20,000 nucleotides of DNA, taken from IMG/VR virus record IMGVR_UViG_3300010358_000002; one strand, given 5' to 3'. The stretch's first letter is position 1, and the number at the start of each line of letters is the position of its first letter. Origin of the DNA: an uncultured virus (IMG/VR IMGVR_UViG_3300010358_000002). Lineage: Duplodnaviria > Heunggongvirae > Uroviricota > Caudoviricetes. Of the stretch, positions 13,235-20,000 are shown piece after piece. Position numbers and translations under genes: made by a program. The notes under the pieces are model-generated. The model was not told where the DNA came from, did no database searches, and was given only the letters and a program-made list of their open reading frames with translations.

Positions 13235-14564
13235 GGGGAGTTACCTCCGGTTTATCTGTGAACCAGTGTGGGTCATAAAACTGGACCCTGGCATGTAGGA
13301 TAAACTGTCGAGCAATATTTCTTGCTACAGTTTGCAGATAATTAACATCAAATTCTATCACCTTATGTTGTGCAATTATCTTCATTTCTGTTTGTGTAGT
13401 TTTCATATCATAAATAGCTGGACTATTGGCCATTCCAATAGTCATCCAGTCTCGAGAGTAGTTTTCTACACAAAGCAGAAAATCACTAACTTCAGTAGCA
13501 TCTAATCCATATAAATGAACCCTTACACGGTCTCTGCACAGATAAGCTGTTTCCGATTTTGGCCCCATATATGGAGCCATCGCTAAAGTAGTCGTTGACT
13601 CTACATGCACAGATCCAAAAGGAGGAGGTAAATTATCGTCAACAAGATAAGATGGATAAAGAGGAATAGGACAATTAAAAGTAGGATACGGCGGGACATA
13701 ACTCGAGAGACTAAGCCAGATAGGTAATGAATTAGATGGAATAACCGTAGGATTAAAATTAGAAGGATCATCAATAATCTGAGTACCATGAGTGGTACGA
13801 ACGGCGTTACCCCGATAGTGATAAAGATCTGCCTGTTCATACAAATAAGCACGACTACTGAACGCAAACTGAATATCTCCATAAGTTCCAATATATAGAC
13901 TATTTGGTCCTATCTGATTAAATTCCTGCACCTCTGAAAGTGATGTAAAGAGAATATCGTTAGAATCTACGGTAGCATCTTCACGTTGCAAGCTTTCCGA
14001 TGAATAATGAAATGACCCCTGTACATCTACATCAGTTCTCAAGGTGACAGAAGGTAGAGAAACGTAGACAACGCAAGTAAACTTATGATTATCTGAAGGA
14101 GAGCAAACCCAAGCCCCGTTCGGATTATTCTCGGGTATCTCGACGCTATCACCGGGTTGTAGGACACCAGTCGTTCCAGTTTCATAAGAATAAGCAGGAC
14201 CAGTGAAGTCGTAAAAAAGAGGTTCAGCAGTAGAAAGTCCTTGATCGTTGGCATTAAGAGGATTAGCAATCACGCCCCCTACTACTCGATTTGTGCCCCA
14301 AAAACTCCCCGGCGCAACCTGAATTGCCGCGCCACCATCATCAGTCATGGTGGCCATTCCTGTTACAGCTTGAATACCAGGAGTAGTAATCTCGCCAGCT
14401 TGAGATGGAACTTTAATCCAATAAATCATCCCATCAAGCGGAAACACGTAACGCTGGTAAAGATTGAAATGGATCTGCTGATCCATCGACAGGACTTTGA
14501 CGCCCTGTGCGAGTGCTGCCCCAAGAGGAGGTTTGGAATTGAGAGCTTCACCAATAGAAGGCAT
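13179..14564 (-). CDS. Putative head-closure / tail-terminator (neck) protein, 461 aa, with an inserted ~118-aa domain
   Basis: TGATG-coupled to the upstream gene and located just before the sheath. Motifs 'Y.RyVfPLDG.iyWiK', 'V.GsfHyss..lQ.eD', 'FaFSsR..lyeQAdLYHY.G', 'SNSLPiWL', 'K.iefDVnY.Q' resemble the neck protein of this module type. Confidence 0.6.
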   Translation of the reverse strand: MPSIGEALNSKPPLGAALAQGVKVLSMDQQIHFNLYQRYVFPLDGMIYWIKVPSQAGEITTPGIQAVTGMATMTDDGGAAIQVAPGSFWGTNRVVGGVIANPLNANDQGLSTAEPLFYDFTGPAYSYETGTTGVLQPGDSVEIPENNPNGAWVCSPSDNHKFTCVVYVSLPSVTLRTDVDVQGSFHYSSESLQREDATVDSNDILFTSLSEVQEFNQIGPNSLYIGTYGDIQFAFSSRAYLYEQADLYHYRGNAVRTTHGTQIIDDPSNFNPTVIPSNSLPIWLSLSSYVPPYPTFNCPIPLYPSYLVDDNLPPPFGSVHVESTTTLAMAPYMGPKSETAYLCRDRVRVHLYGLDATEVSDFLLCVENYSRDWMTIGMANSPAIYDMKTTQTEMKIIAQHKVIEFDVNYLQTVARNIARQFILHARVQFYDPHWFTDKPEVTPHATDELSNPLHSSLSNPG

Positions 14565-15052
14565 CAGTATGCCCCACCATCATAGGTACTTGTCCAAGCA
14601 GAATTTTGACGAGCGTATATTCCACCATCTGTTGGAGCTTCAGCAATACCTCCAGCACCACCACTAATCGCTTGCCAAGCTGAACCATCATAAACATGAA
14701 AAGAATTGTCAGTAGTTTTAAGCCACATTTCCCCTTGTAACGGACTAGCTGGAGCAGAAGTCCCAACTGAAGCAACACCCACACTTGGAACTACTTCCCA
14801 ATTACCATCCACATAAATATAAAGAGTATTGTTATTCGTATTAAAGAATAGCCAACCCTCTCCCGGATTAGCTGGCTCTATAGTCCCAACCCAGATGCCA
14901 CCCTCATTAATAGGATCAGTAGGACCTGGAACAGGTAGAGGGGTATTAGGCGGATACGGAGTATCCGGGGTAGGGACTGTGGTTACTGGAAGAGGAAGAT
15001 TCTTGGTATAGTAGTCTTGAGGCAACTGCCTCATATATGGCAGAATTGCCAC
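14564..15052 (-). CDS. Short fibre/whisker-like virion protein (162 aa) with two beta repeats and a C-terminal foldon-like motif
   Basis: GTG start with AAGGGGA RBS. Two repeats of 'vGt..Pa.P..G..w..t..n...vY.g..W'. The end, GIAEAPTDGGIYARQNSAW, resembles the T4 fibritin foldon [20 protein letters not shown]. Confidence 0.65.
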   Translation of the reverse strand: MAILPYMRQLPQDYYTKNLPLPVTTVPTPDTPYPPNTPLPVPGPTDPINEGGIWVGTIEPANPGEGWLFFNTNNNTLYIYVDGNWEVVPSVGVASVGTSAPASPLQGEMWLKTTDNSFHVYDGSAWQAISGGAGGIAEAPTDGGIYARQNSAWTSTYDGGAY

Positions 15053-15178
15053 TTACTTCCCCTTAGAAGGATTAGAACCACAACCGGGTGATTTAGGTGG
15101 CTTCGGTTTTGGCATAGGAGTTCCTTTGCCTTGTGGACCACCCGGTTTATTGACTGGAGAGCAGGGTTCTGTTGCCAT
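15053..15178 (-). CDS. Small Pro/Gly/Lys-rich peptide (41 aa, two Cys)
   Basis: Manual translation: MATEPCSPVNKPGGPQGKGTPMPKPKPPKSPGCGSNPSKGK*. The start overlaps the upstream stop (TAATG), an AGGAAGG RBS is present, and the stop abuts the next GTG. Confidence 0.6.
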   Translation of the reverse strand: MATEPCSPVNKPGGPQGKGTPMPKPKPPKSPGCGSNPSKGK

Positions 15179-15339
15179 TAGTGAAAGACCCTTCCTAGAC
15201 CCCCGATTAGTTCACTTGCAATCCAACAAGCTATAGCGGCCCATCCAAAATGCCATCGACCGCTGGAAGACATAATAACAGAAGCGATCACTGCAAAGAC
15301 AAAGGCAAATACCAGCAGGATTAGACCGATATTCTGCAT
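15178..15339 (-). CDS. Small membrane protein with two predicted TM helices (53 aa)
   Basis: Manual translation: MQNIGLILLVFAFVFAVIASVIMSSSGRWHFGWAAIACWIASELIGGLGRVFH*. GGAG RBS 7 nt upstream; starts 1 nt after the preceding stop. Confidence 0.75.
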   Translation of the reverse strand: MQNIGLILLVFAFVFAVIASVIMSSSGRWHFGWAAIACWIASELIGGLGRVFH

Positions 15340-15340
15340 G

Positions 15341-15838
15341 TCACTTCTCCGTCCATGCCTTGAAACTACGCATATAGAGAGTAGTATCTACGAAGCTTGG
15401 TCGGGGAGCAGCTCCCTTCTTAAAGGCGTCGGCCCGCAAGTGAGAAATTCCCCTTTGTGCAGCCCTAGTAGGAACTCCTCGAATAACCCCATCATATTTA
15501 CGACCTGTCAAAGATCGCCTGAATTTGCCTTCCAACGGGGTGGCGTCCCAATCATAATCCCAAGGTCCACCCATTATTCCTTGAACCATGCCATTCGCTA
15601 TAGATCCTTCAACATTATCAACGATAAAATCTTCTTCCATACCATAGAATGTTTCCAAAAGACTATACTTCTTTTCTAATTCCTCTGCAACCTGTCCGAC
15701 TGTTTTGCCTGCTCCATAAGAATGCTGATGAGCAGACAATGTCTTTGGTCGCCTTCTTTTCAACGTGGCAGATATCGGGGATTGCTGCGAATACCGGGCA
15801 GCATAAGGAACATTATCAAACCCAAACTGGATCTTCAT
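15341..15838 (-). CDS. Putative neck / tail-completion protein (165 aa)
   Basis: Likely start is ATG 15838 (ATGA overlap; MKIQFGFDNVPY), not 15925. Motifs 'TvgqVAeeLEkKYsllETF', 'GVPT.AA.rGisH', 'RPSFvDT.LY..SfkAW'. Confidence 0.6.
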   Translation of the reverse strand: MKIQFGFDNVPYAARYSQQSPISATLKRRRPKTLSAHQHSYGAGKTVGQVAEELEKKYSLLETFYGMEEDFIVDNVEGSIANGMVQGIMGGPWDYDWDATPLEGKFRRSLTGRKYDGVIRGVPTRAAQRGISHLRADAFKKGAAPRPSFVDTTLYMRSFKAWTEK

Positions 15839-16353
15839 ACTGTAAGACCCCAGATTGGTCCCCACTGACCAGCAAACATCAGATAGGCTCGACCCCAAGG
15901 GGTTTTCAGCAGTTGTAATCCCCACAAAGTTAGACCGGCAAACTGGGGAAGTATGTACATCCCCTCCCCAGTTCCCTGATCATGTGCTTCATTGGTGATG
16001 CCACCTGTGAAGTTATAAATACCGAACTTATTCCGTAGATCTTGCCAATAGGTAGAATTGGGGTTATCAATTGCCCATTCAATTAGAATAGCTCCTCCCA
16101 GGTTATAGACTGCCTGGGCATAGATAGTCATTGTAGTAGACTGGCTTGGAACACTCTTCAATCCTAGATAAGCAAGGTTTATAGCTTCATCAAAAGCCAT
16201 TTGGAGTGTGACATCTCCCGGCATAGCCGTAAGAGGAACACCCATAACAGCCTGAACCCATGCCTTGAATCCATCAAACGTAGGATCCCCAGGCGGAATT
16301 ACAACAGGCAAATCAGCTTGAGGTACTACCGCTATATCAGCCACGACGTCCAC
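15835..16353 (-). CDS. Putative head-tail adaptor (DUF4054-like); start may be GTG 16344
   Basis: Second gene after the capsid gene. 'Y.qAVYNLgg..Li', 'D.gT', and 'LlkTPWGRaYL.fA' match the TxYG/WG-type C-terminal motif of DUF4054-like adaptors. Confidence 0.65.
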   Translation of the reverse strand: MDVVADIAVVPQADLPVVIPPGDPTFDGFKAWVQAVMGVPLTAMPGDVTLQMAFDEAINLAYLGLKSVPSQSTTMTIYAQAVYNLGGAILIEWAIDNPNSTYWQDLRNKFGIYNFTGGITNEAHDQGTGEGMYILPQFAGLTLWGLQLLKTPWGRAYLMFAGQWGPIWGLTV

Positions 16354-16876
16354 GTTTGCCTATTGACACAACCCCTTCTTGAGCATTTCGAGAAACTCGG
16401 ACCCCTTCGGCCAAATGGTCCAAATCCTCGGAATATCCACCACGGGGCTCTTCCTCCTGAAAACTCATTTCTAACTCACGTAGCGGAGCCCCAATTTGTT
16501 CCTCAATCTGAGAGTTCACTGCCAGTGCAGCTTCCTGTCGCAATTTCTGGCCGAATTTGTTAAGATCTTCTTCTTTTCTTTTCATCCCCTTGTGTAACTT
16601 GTCTACAGGAATAGCCTTCCCAATAGAATAGACAAGTCCACTGAATGGGCTACTCTTTGAATCCAATTCTTCCAAAGACAAGAGCCCATACGTCTTATGT
16701 TGATTAAGAATCGCTTCAATTTCTGGTGTAGCCAAATCGGTATTATAACCATTCGGTGAAACACGAATCTGTCCACCAATAGGAATCGTTTGGGTGACAA
16801 CACCCTGTCTTTCTGGCGTACGATAAGCAAACATCTGAATTTGCTTAGACACATTCCCAACATACAGTTCTGGCAT
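16337..16876 (-). CDS. Hypothetical virion-module protein (179 aa)
   Basis: Start moved to ATG 16876 (MPELYVGNVSKQ), which has GGAGG 5 nt upstream. First gene after the capsid gene. Confidence 0.7.
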   Translation of the reverse strand: MPELYVGNVSKQIQMFAYRTPERQGVVTQTIPIGGQIRVSPNGYNTDLATPEIEAILNQHKTYGLLSLEELDSKSSPFSGLVYSIGKAIPVDKLHKGMKRKEEDLNKFGQKLRQEAALAVNSQIEEQIGAPLRELEMSFQEEEPRGGYSEDLDHLAEGVRVSRNAQEGVVSIGKRGRRG

Positions 16877-16886
16877 TTTTTCCTCC

Positions 16887-16957
16887 AAAGAAACCTGCAC
16901 CGGACGCTTACAGTCGTCCTGACAGTTTAAAGCACGTCAATTCGTGCTGGCGCAGAT
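16887..16957 (-). terminator. Branched stem-loop with U-rich tail after the major capsid gene (terminator/attenuator-like structured RNA)
   Basis: Minus-strand RNA: outer stem AUCUGCGCC/GGUGCAGGU encloses hairpins AGCACG-AAUUGA-CGUGCU and GGACG-ACUGUAAG-CGUCC, and is followed by UUCUUU. Confidence 0.5.
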
Positions 16958-16976
16958 AGTTCGCTGGGACAAGAAC

Positions 16977-17999
16977 TTACTGATACTGCATCGTGACGAT
17001 GGTAACTGCCTCCGGACGGACTGCCCATCCAGAAGTAACCCGTTGCTCGGCAAGCACGTCAATTGCCCCTCCCGCGAGAGGCACCGGGATTTCGCGCGGT
17101 GCAGCCATATCTGCAAACTGAAGCGTGCAAGCTTCCAACGATGGAGTGAGCTTTGCGAATTCGTTGGTATTGATCCGCGTACCTTTCGGCTGCTCAACCT
17201 CCGGCATGACGATGAGGACTGCGTCATTCCCTCCCGCGCCTTTGCCGATAAGCGTATCGTCATAGGCCCAAACAATCTCATCGTCATTCATTTCCAGGAC
17301 ATCTTTCAACACACCCGCTGTCGTGGTGCTGCCCGCACCGACACGCTGATAACTGGTGAGCTGTACGATATTCTGGTATTCCATTGCGCCAAGCGTGCGT
17401 TGAGGGCCTACGAACACGAATCTACGCCCGATACCAAGCTGATTCGTTCTGGTCTTGATAGCCTGCACCTGAGAAATCAGGAAAAAGGCCATCTGTCCGT
17501 TATCGTAAGTCACCACCGTCGTATTGCCCGCGCTATCTGCCGGAAGACTGATAGCCGTAGCACCGCTGGCATTCAACAGACCTTCACCATTTGCCGGGTT
17601 GAACCCATACAAGAGGCCGTTCCGGATAAGCTGGAACGTAGCCTGTCGCATACCAAGGCGATGTGCATCTACGATACTGAGACCCCACCGTGACATTGCG
17701 GCAGTATCGTGATGATCGTACTCGGCACGTACCCGCAAGAGGTAGGTTGGAGCACTAATCTGGGACAGTGCGAAATTGACACCGGGAAGCTGGTTGTAGG
17801 CAGACTGACCAGCGGCCATTCTCGTCCGGAGATCAACACGCTTGATATAAGCATAGAGATCTCCGTCTGCAAGTCGGATTAGTGGGGCACCAGACGCCAG
17901 GAGCTCGAAAGCACCAGACGCTTGAGAATACGGCATTAAGGTATCAGGCATCATGAAAGAAGGATGAACCTGAACGAATGCCGGAGCAATCGAAGCCAT
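16977..17999 (-). CDS. Major capsid protein (340 aa, HK97-fold expected, DUF2184/encapsulin-like type)
   Basis: Size, position after scaffold and decoration genes, AGGAG RBS and GC-rich codons fit. The C-terminus 'AAPrEiP.Pl.gGaidvl.e.RvTSGWavRPEAvtiv.m.Y' is typical of this capsid type. Confidence 0.85.
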   Translation of the reverse strand: MASIAPAFVQVHPSFMMPDTLMPYSQASGAFELLASGAPLIRLADGDLYAYIKRVDLRTRMAAGQSAYNQLPGVNFALSQISAPTYLLRVRAEYDHHDTAAMSRWGLSIVDAHRLGMRQATFQLIRNGLLYGFNPANGEGLLNASGATAISLPADSAGNTTVVTYDNGQMAFFLISQVQAIKTRTNQLGIGRRFVFVGPQRTLGAMEYQNIVQLTSYQRVGAGSTTTAGVLKDVLEMNDDEIVWAYDDTLIGKGAGGNDAVLIVMPEVEQPKGTRINTNEFAKLTPSLEACTLQFADMAAPREIPVPLAGGAIDVLAEQRVTSGWAVRPEAVTIVTMQYQ

Positions 18000-18022
18000 G
18001 AGTCACTCCTATGGTTAAGGAT

Positions 18023-18045
18023 AAGGCCAGAGAGGCCCCGGCCTT
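18023..18045 (-). promoter_or_regulatory. GC-rich hairpin upstream of the capsid RBS
   Basis: AAGGCCGGGG-CCU-CUCUGGCCUU (10 bp including 2 G-U pairs) in the 59-nt gap between the decoration and capsid genes. Confidence 0.4.
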
Positions 18046-18058
18046 CAGGTTTAAGAAG

Positions 18059-18688
18059 TTACAGCAGACAGACTGCTGCCGCGTCGTTGTAGGACCAGGT
18101 AATGAGTCCGGTACCAGCGTTATATACCGGACGCATACATCCTGAAGCCTTGACTGCCAGAATCTTCACCGCCAGAGCATTAGTCGCAAAGGCGATAATT
18201 CTCTGGGCCGAAAAGTCCCAGGATACTTGCTGCGTGATCAGCCCTCCTTCGAGGGAGATCAGGGTCGGGTCGATGGCAAGAGCCACACGAGCACCCGAAC
18301 CAAGGCGATAGAAGTTCACCAGACCACCGCTCCCAACCGAGGGAACCGGAGATTGTGGCGTATTCACCGCCGCATAGTTCTGGTCAAAGACACTGAATCC
18401 GGTTGTAGTTCCAGCGCCAGCCGCGAGGGTTGTGGCTCGAGCGATAATACCTCCCAAGGCAACATCAGCACGAGTCATAGGAGGCCGTTCCTGCGGAATG
18501 CTTTCGTTGATGGCAATGCCACCGAACATTGGCAAAGTTTCCGCTGTAGCAAGCCAACCTCCGGAAAGCGCGAAGCGTGCCGCCGGATCAGGATAGGCGG
18601 TTCCGACGATAAGGCCATCGGACTCGATAGTAAACATCCCGGCCGCATTGGTCTGGATGTAGGGGTTGAAGGCGATATTCGCAACCAT
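18059..18688 (-). CDS. Putative head decoration / cement protein (209 aa)
   Basis: Between scaffold and capsid genes, Ala/Gly-rich and beta-rich. Motifs 'PmfGGiaI.E', 'GFsVF.Q', 'vnFYRLGSGARval'. AAGGAAGG RBS. Confidence 0.65.
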   Translation of the reverse strand: MVANIAFNPYIQTNAAGMFTIESDGLIVGTAYPDPAARFALSGGWLATAETLPMFGGIAINESIPQERPPMTRADVALGGIIARATTLAAGAGTTTGFSVFDQNYAAVNTPQSPVPSVGSGGLVNFYRLGSGARVALAIDPTLISLEGGLITQQVSWDFSAQRIIAFATNALAVKILAVKASGCMRPVYNAGTGLITWSYNDAAAVCLL

Positions 18689-18720
18689 GGGAATGGTCCT
18701 TCCTTAGAGTGCGAGGAGGG

Positions 18721-19698
18721 TTACTGAGACGCCAGGGTGCGGAAAGAGGCGACCCTACGGCCCGGACGACCCATTGCCTTGACGAACGACTCCTTACCAT
18801 AGAAGACGTTCGAGCGCACACCGGTCGTGGGGTCGATCTTTGTAACCATGCGAAGCTCCCCTGCCTCCAAATCTACTGGATTTGCGGCAGCAGCAATCGC
18901 ATCGTTGTAAACCGTATCCTCAGCAATCCTGAAGGCTGACTCCGGAAGTTCGGAGAACTTCACCTTTCCCCACGTCGGGGAATGTTTCTTCAGTCTTGTG
19001 GCCAACCGTTTCCGGTAATCGATAAGGGTCTCACCCTCAAGTGGCCTGGGGGCACGTTCCCCAAAACCAGCGAATACGGCGTCGGCCCTTGCCTGAGCAT
19101 CCGCAAATGCGACATGCTCATCATCGGACCGAGGCTTCATTGCAGCCTGAAGACGCTCGATGACCTGCTGTTGGCTGGCGATCTGTTTGCGCAGATCAGC
19201 TACGGCATCAGCCTTAACAGCATCATCCTTCTTATCATCATCGTCATCATCAGACTTTGCTTTTGCAGCGTCATCCTTCTTCTTCGGTGGCGGGAAGGCA
19301 TCGTCCTTCTTATCATCGTCATCGTCATCGGCCTTTTTGGCGTCATCGGGCTTCTTGTGCTTGAGTTCAAGTTCCCCGTCGTCCTTCTTCACCTTGGGCG
19401 GAGGGAAGCCTGCATCAGCCTTTGACGCTCCCTTTTCATCGTCAAGGATTTTAGTCTTGGGAGCGGTCGTCCCATCATCTTTGCGTTTGTCGTCATCATC
19501 GTCGTCGTCGTCGCCCCGAGACGCCGATGCTTTACTGTCTGACTTAGACTTCTTATCGTCATCATCGTCTCCTTTGATAATTTTCTTTTCACCAACCTCC
19601 AAGGCATCCATGCGCTTGGTGAGCGCATCCATCTTGGCGATTGCATCGGCCAGCATAGAGTCCACGCTGGTCTTGGCGTCGGCTGCTGCTTCAGGCAT
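18721..19698 (-). CDS. Capsid scaffold-like protein (325 aa, Asp/Lys-rich)
   Basis: AAGGAGG RBS. Coiled-coil N-terminus and D/K low-complexity middle. The C-terminal 'AQArADav...fG.rAPrPL.GE.l..YRKRLa..l..HS' resembles the C-terminal half of DUF2213 protease-scaffold proteins. Confidence 0.7.
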   Translation of the reverse strand: MPEAAADAKTSVDSMLADAIAKMDALTKRMDALEVGEKKIIKGDDDDDKKSKSDSKASASRGDDDDDDDDKRKDDGTTAPKTKILDDEKGASKADAGFPPPKVKKDDGELELKHKKPDDAKKADDDDDDKKDDAFPPPKKKDDAAKAKSDDDDDDKKDDAVKADAVADLRKQIASQQQVIERLQAAMKPRSDDEHVAFADAQARADAVFAGFGERAPRPLEGETLIDYRKRLATRLKKHSPTWGKVKFSELPESAFRIAEDTVYNDAIAAAANPVDLEAGELRMVTKIDPTTGVRSNVFYGKESFVKAMGRPGRRVASFRTLASQ

Positions 19699-19742
19699 CT
19701 AAGCCTCCTTTGGTTGCAGCGGATTGCGCTATTCGCGCGGCT

Positions 19743-20000
19743 CTAGCGGACCATAAGGTCCTTTCTAGCTAGGAATTTATCAAGCCTCTTAACTAGGCTA
19801 CTCATATTATCTGCTAAACCCACCATACCGGGTGGAATACCTTGCTGGTTAGGAGCCGGGGATTCATTACCACCATGGACAGGATAAGATGGTTCTGGTA
19901 AATGACCATTCATATCTGGTTTAGCCGTGACAACTTTTTCGGTTGGTTCACCCGCAGCTTCAGAATCAATCCTGATGCCACTAGCGTCACCGCCTTTATC
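19743..20000 (-). CDS. 3' end of a DUF2213-like head maturation protease gene (partial)
   Basis: Manual translation from the window edge: DKGGDASGIRIDSEAAGEPTEK...LADNMSSLVKRLDKFLARKDLMVR*. The leading DKGG..sGi matches the recalled '(GVW)DKGG.p.Gv' end of such domains, and the position upstream of the scaffold fits. Confidence 0.55.
   Translation of the reverse strand, partial: DKGGDASGIRIDSEAAGEPTEKVVTAKPDMNGHLPEPSYPVHGGNESPAPNQQGIPPGMVGLADNMSSLVKRLDKFLARKDLMVR

Noticed and set aside
16893..16948. Resemblance to a pistol ribozyme (hairpin, UUAAA, then UAAGCG and GGUGCA)
   Set aside because: The hairpin loop AAUUGA cannot form the required pseudoknot with CUGUAA, and there is no room for the P3 stem before the GU. 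No hammerhead CUGANGA/GAAA core is present either.
16944..17693. 249-aa plus-strand ORF
   Set aside because: Antisense shadow of the GC-rich capsid gene, with a TTG/GTG-type start and no recognisable motifs.
18982..19702. Plus-strand Ser-rich and Ile/Leu-rich ORFs of 180 and 147 aa
   Set aside because: Mirror translations of the Asp/Lys low-complexity scaffold sequence.

Overview
The window is a continuous minus-strand head-neck-tail-baseplate operon of a contractile-tailed (myovirus-type) phage or prophage. Read from high to low coordinates: 3' end of a DUF2213-like protease gene, a separate scaffold gene, head decoration protein, major capsid protein, head/neck proteins, two small ORFs missing from the ORF track (a 53-aa two-helix membrane protein and a 41-aa Pro/Gly/Lys peptide), a short fibre protein with a fibritin-foldon-like end, tail sheath, tail tube and tail assembly chaperone with a -1 frame extension. 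These are followed by TWO paralogous tape-measure-like genes on either side of the baseplate hub gene, two baseplate genes and the start of the spike gene. The main observation is the duplicated tape measure. The 1734-aa copy carries up to four different peptidoglycan-hydrolase modules (M23, SleB-like, M15, 3D), while the 590-aa copy has no enzyme domain. A compact three-way-junction RNA structure lies directly after the capsid gene. Family assignments come from motifs, gene order and recalled resemblance to SEN34-like DUF2213/DUF3383 myophage modules; no database search was run.
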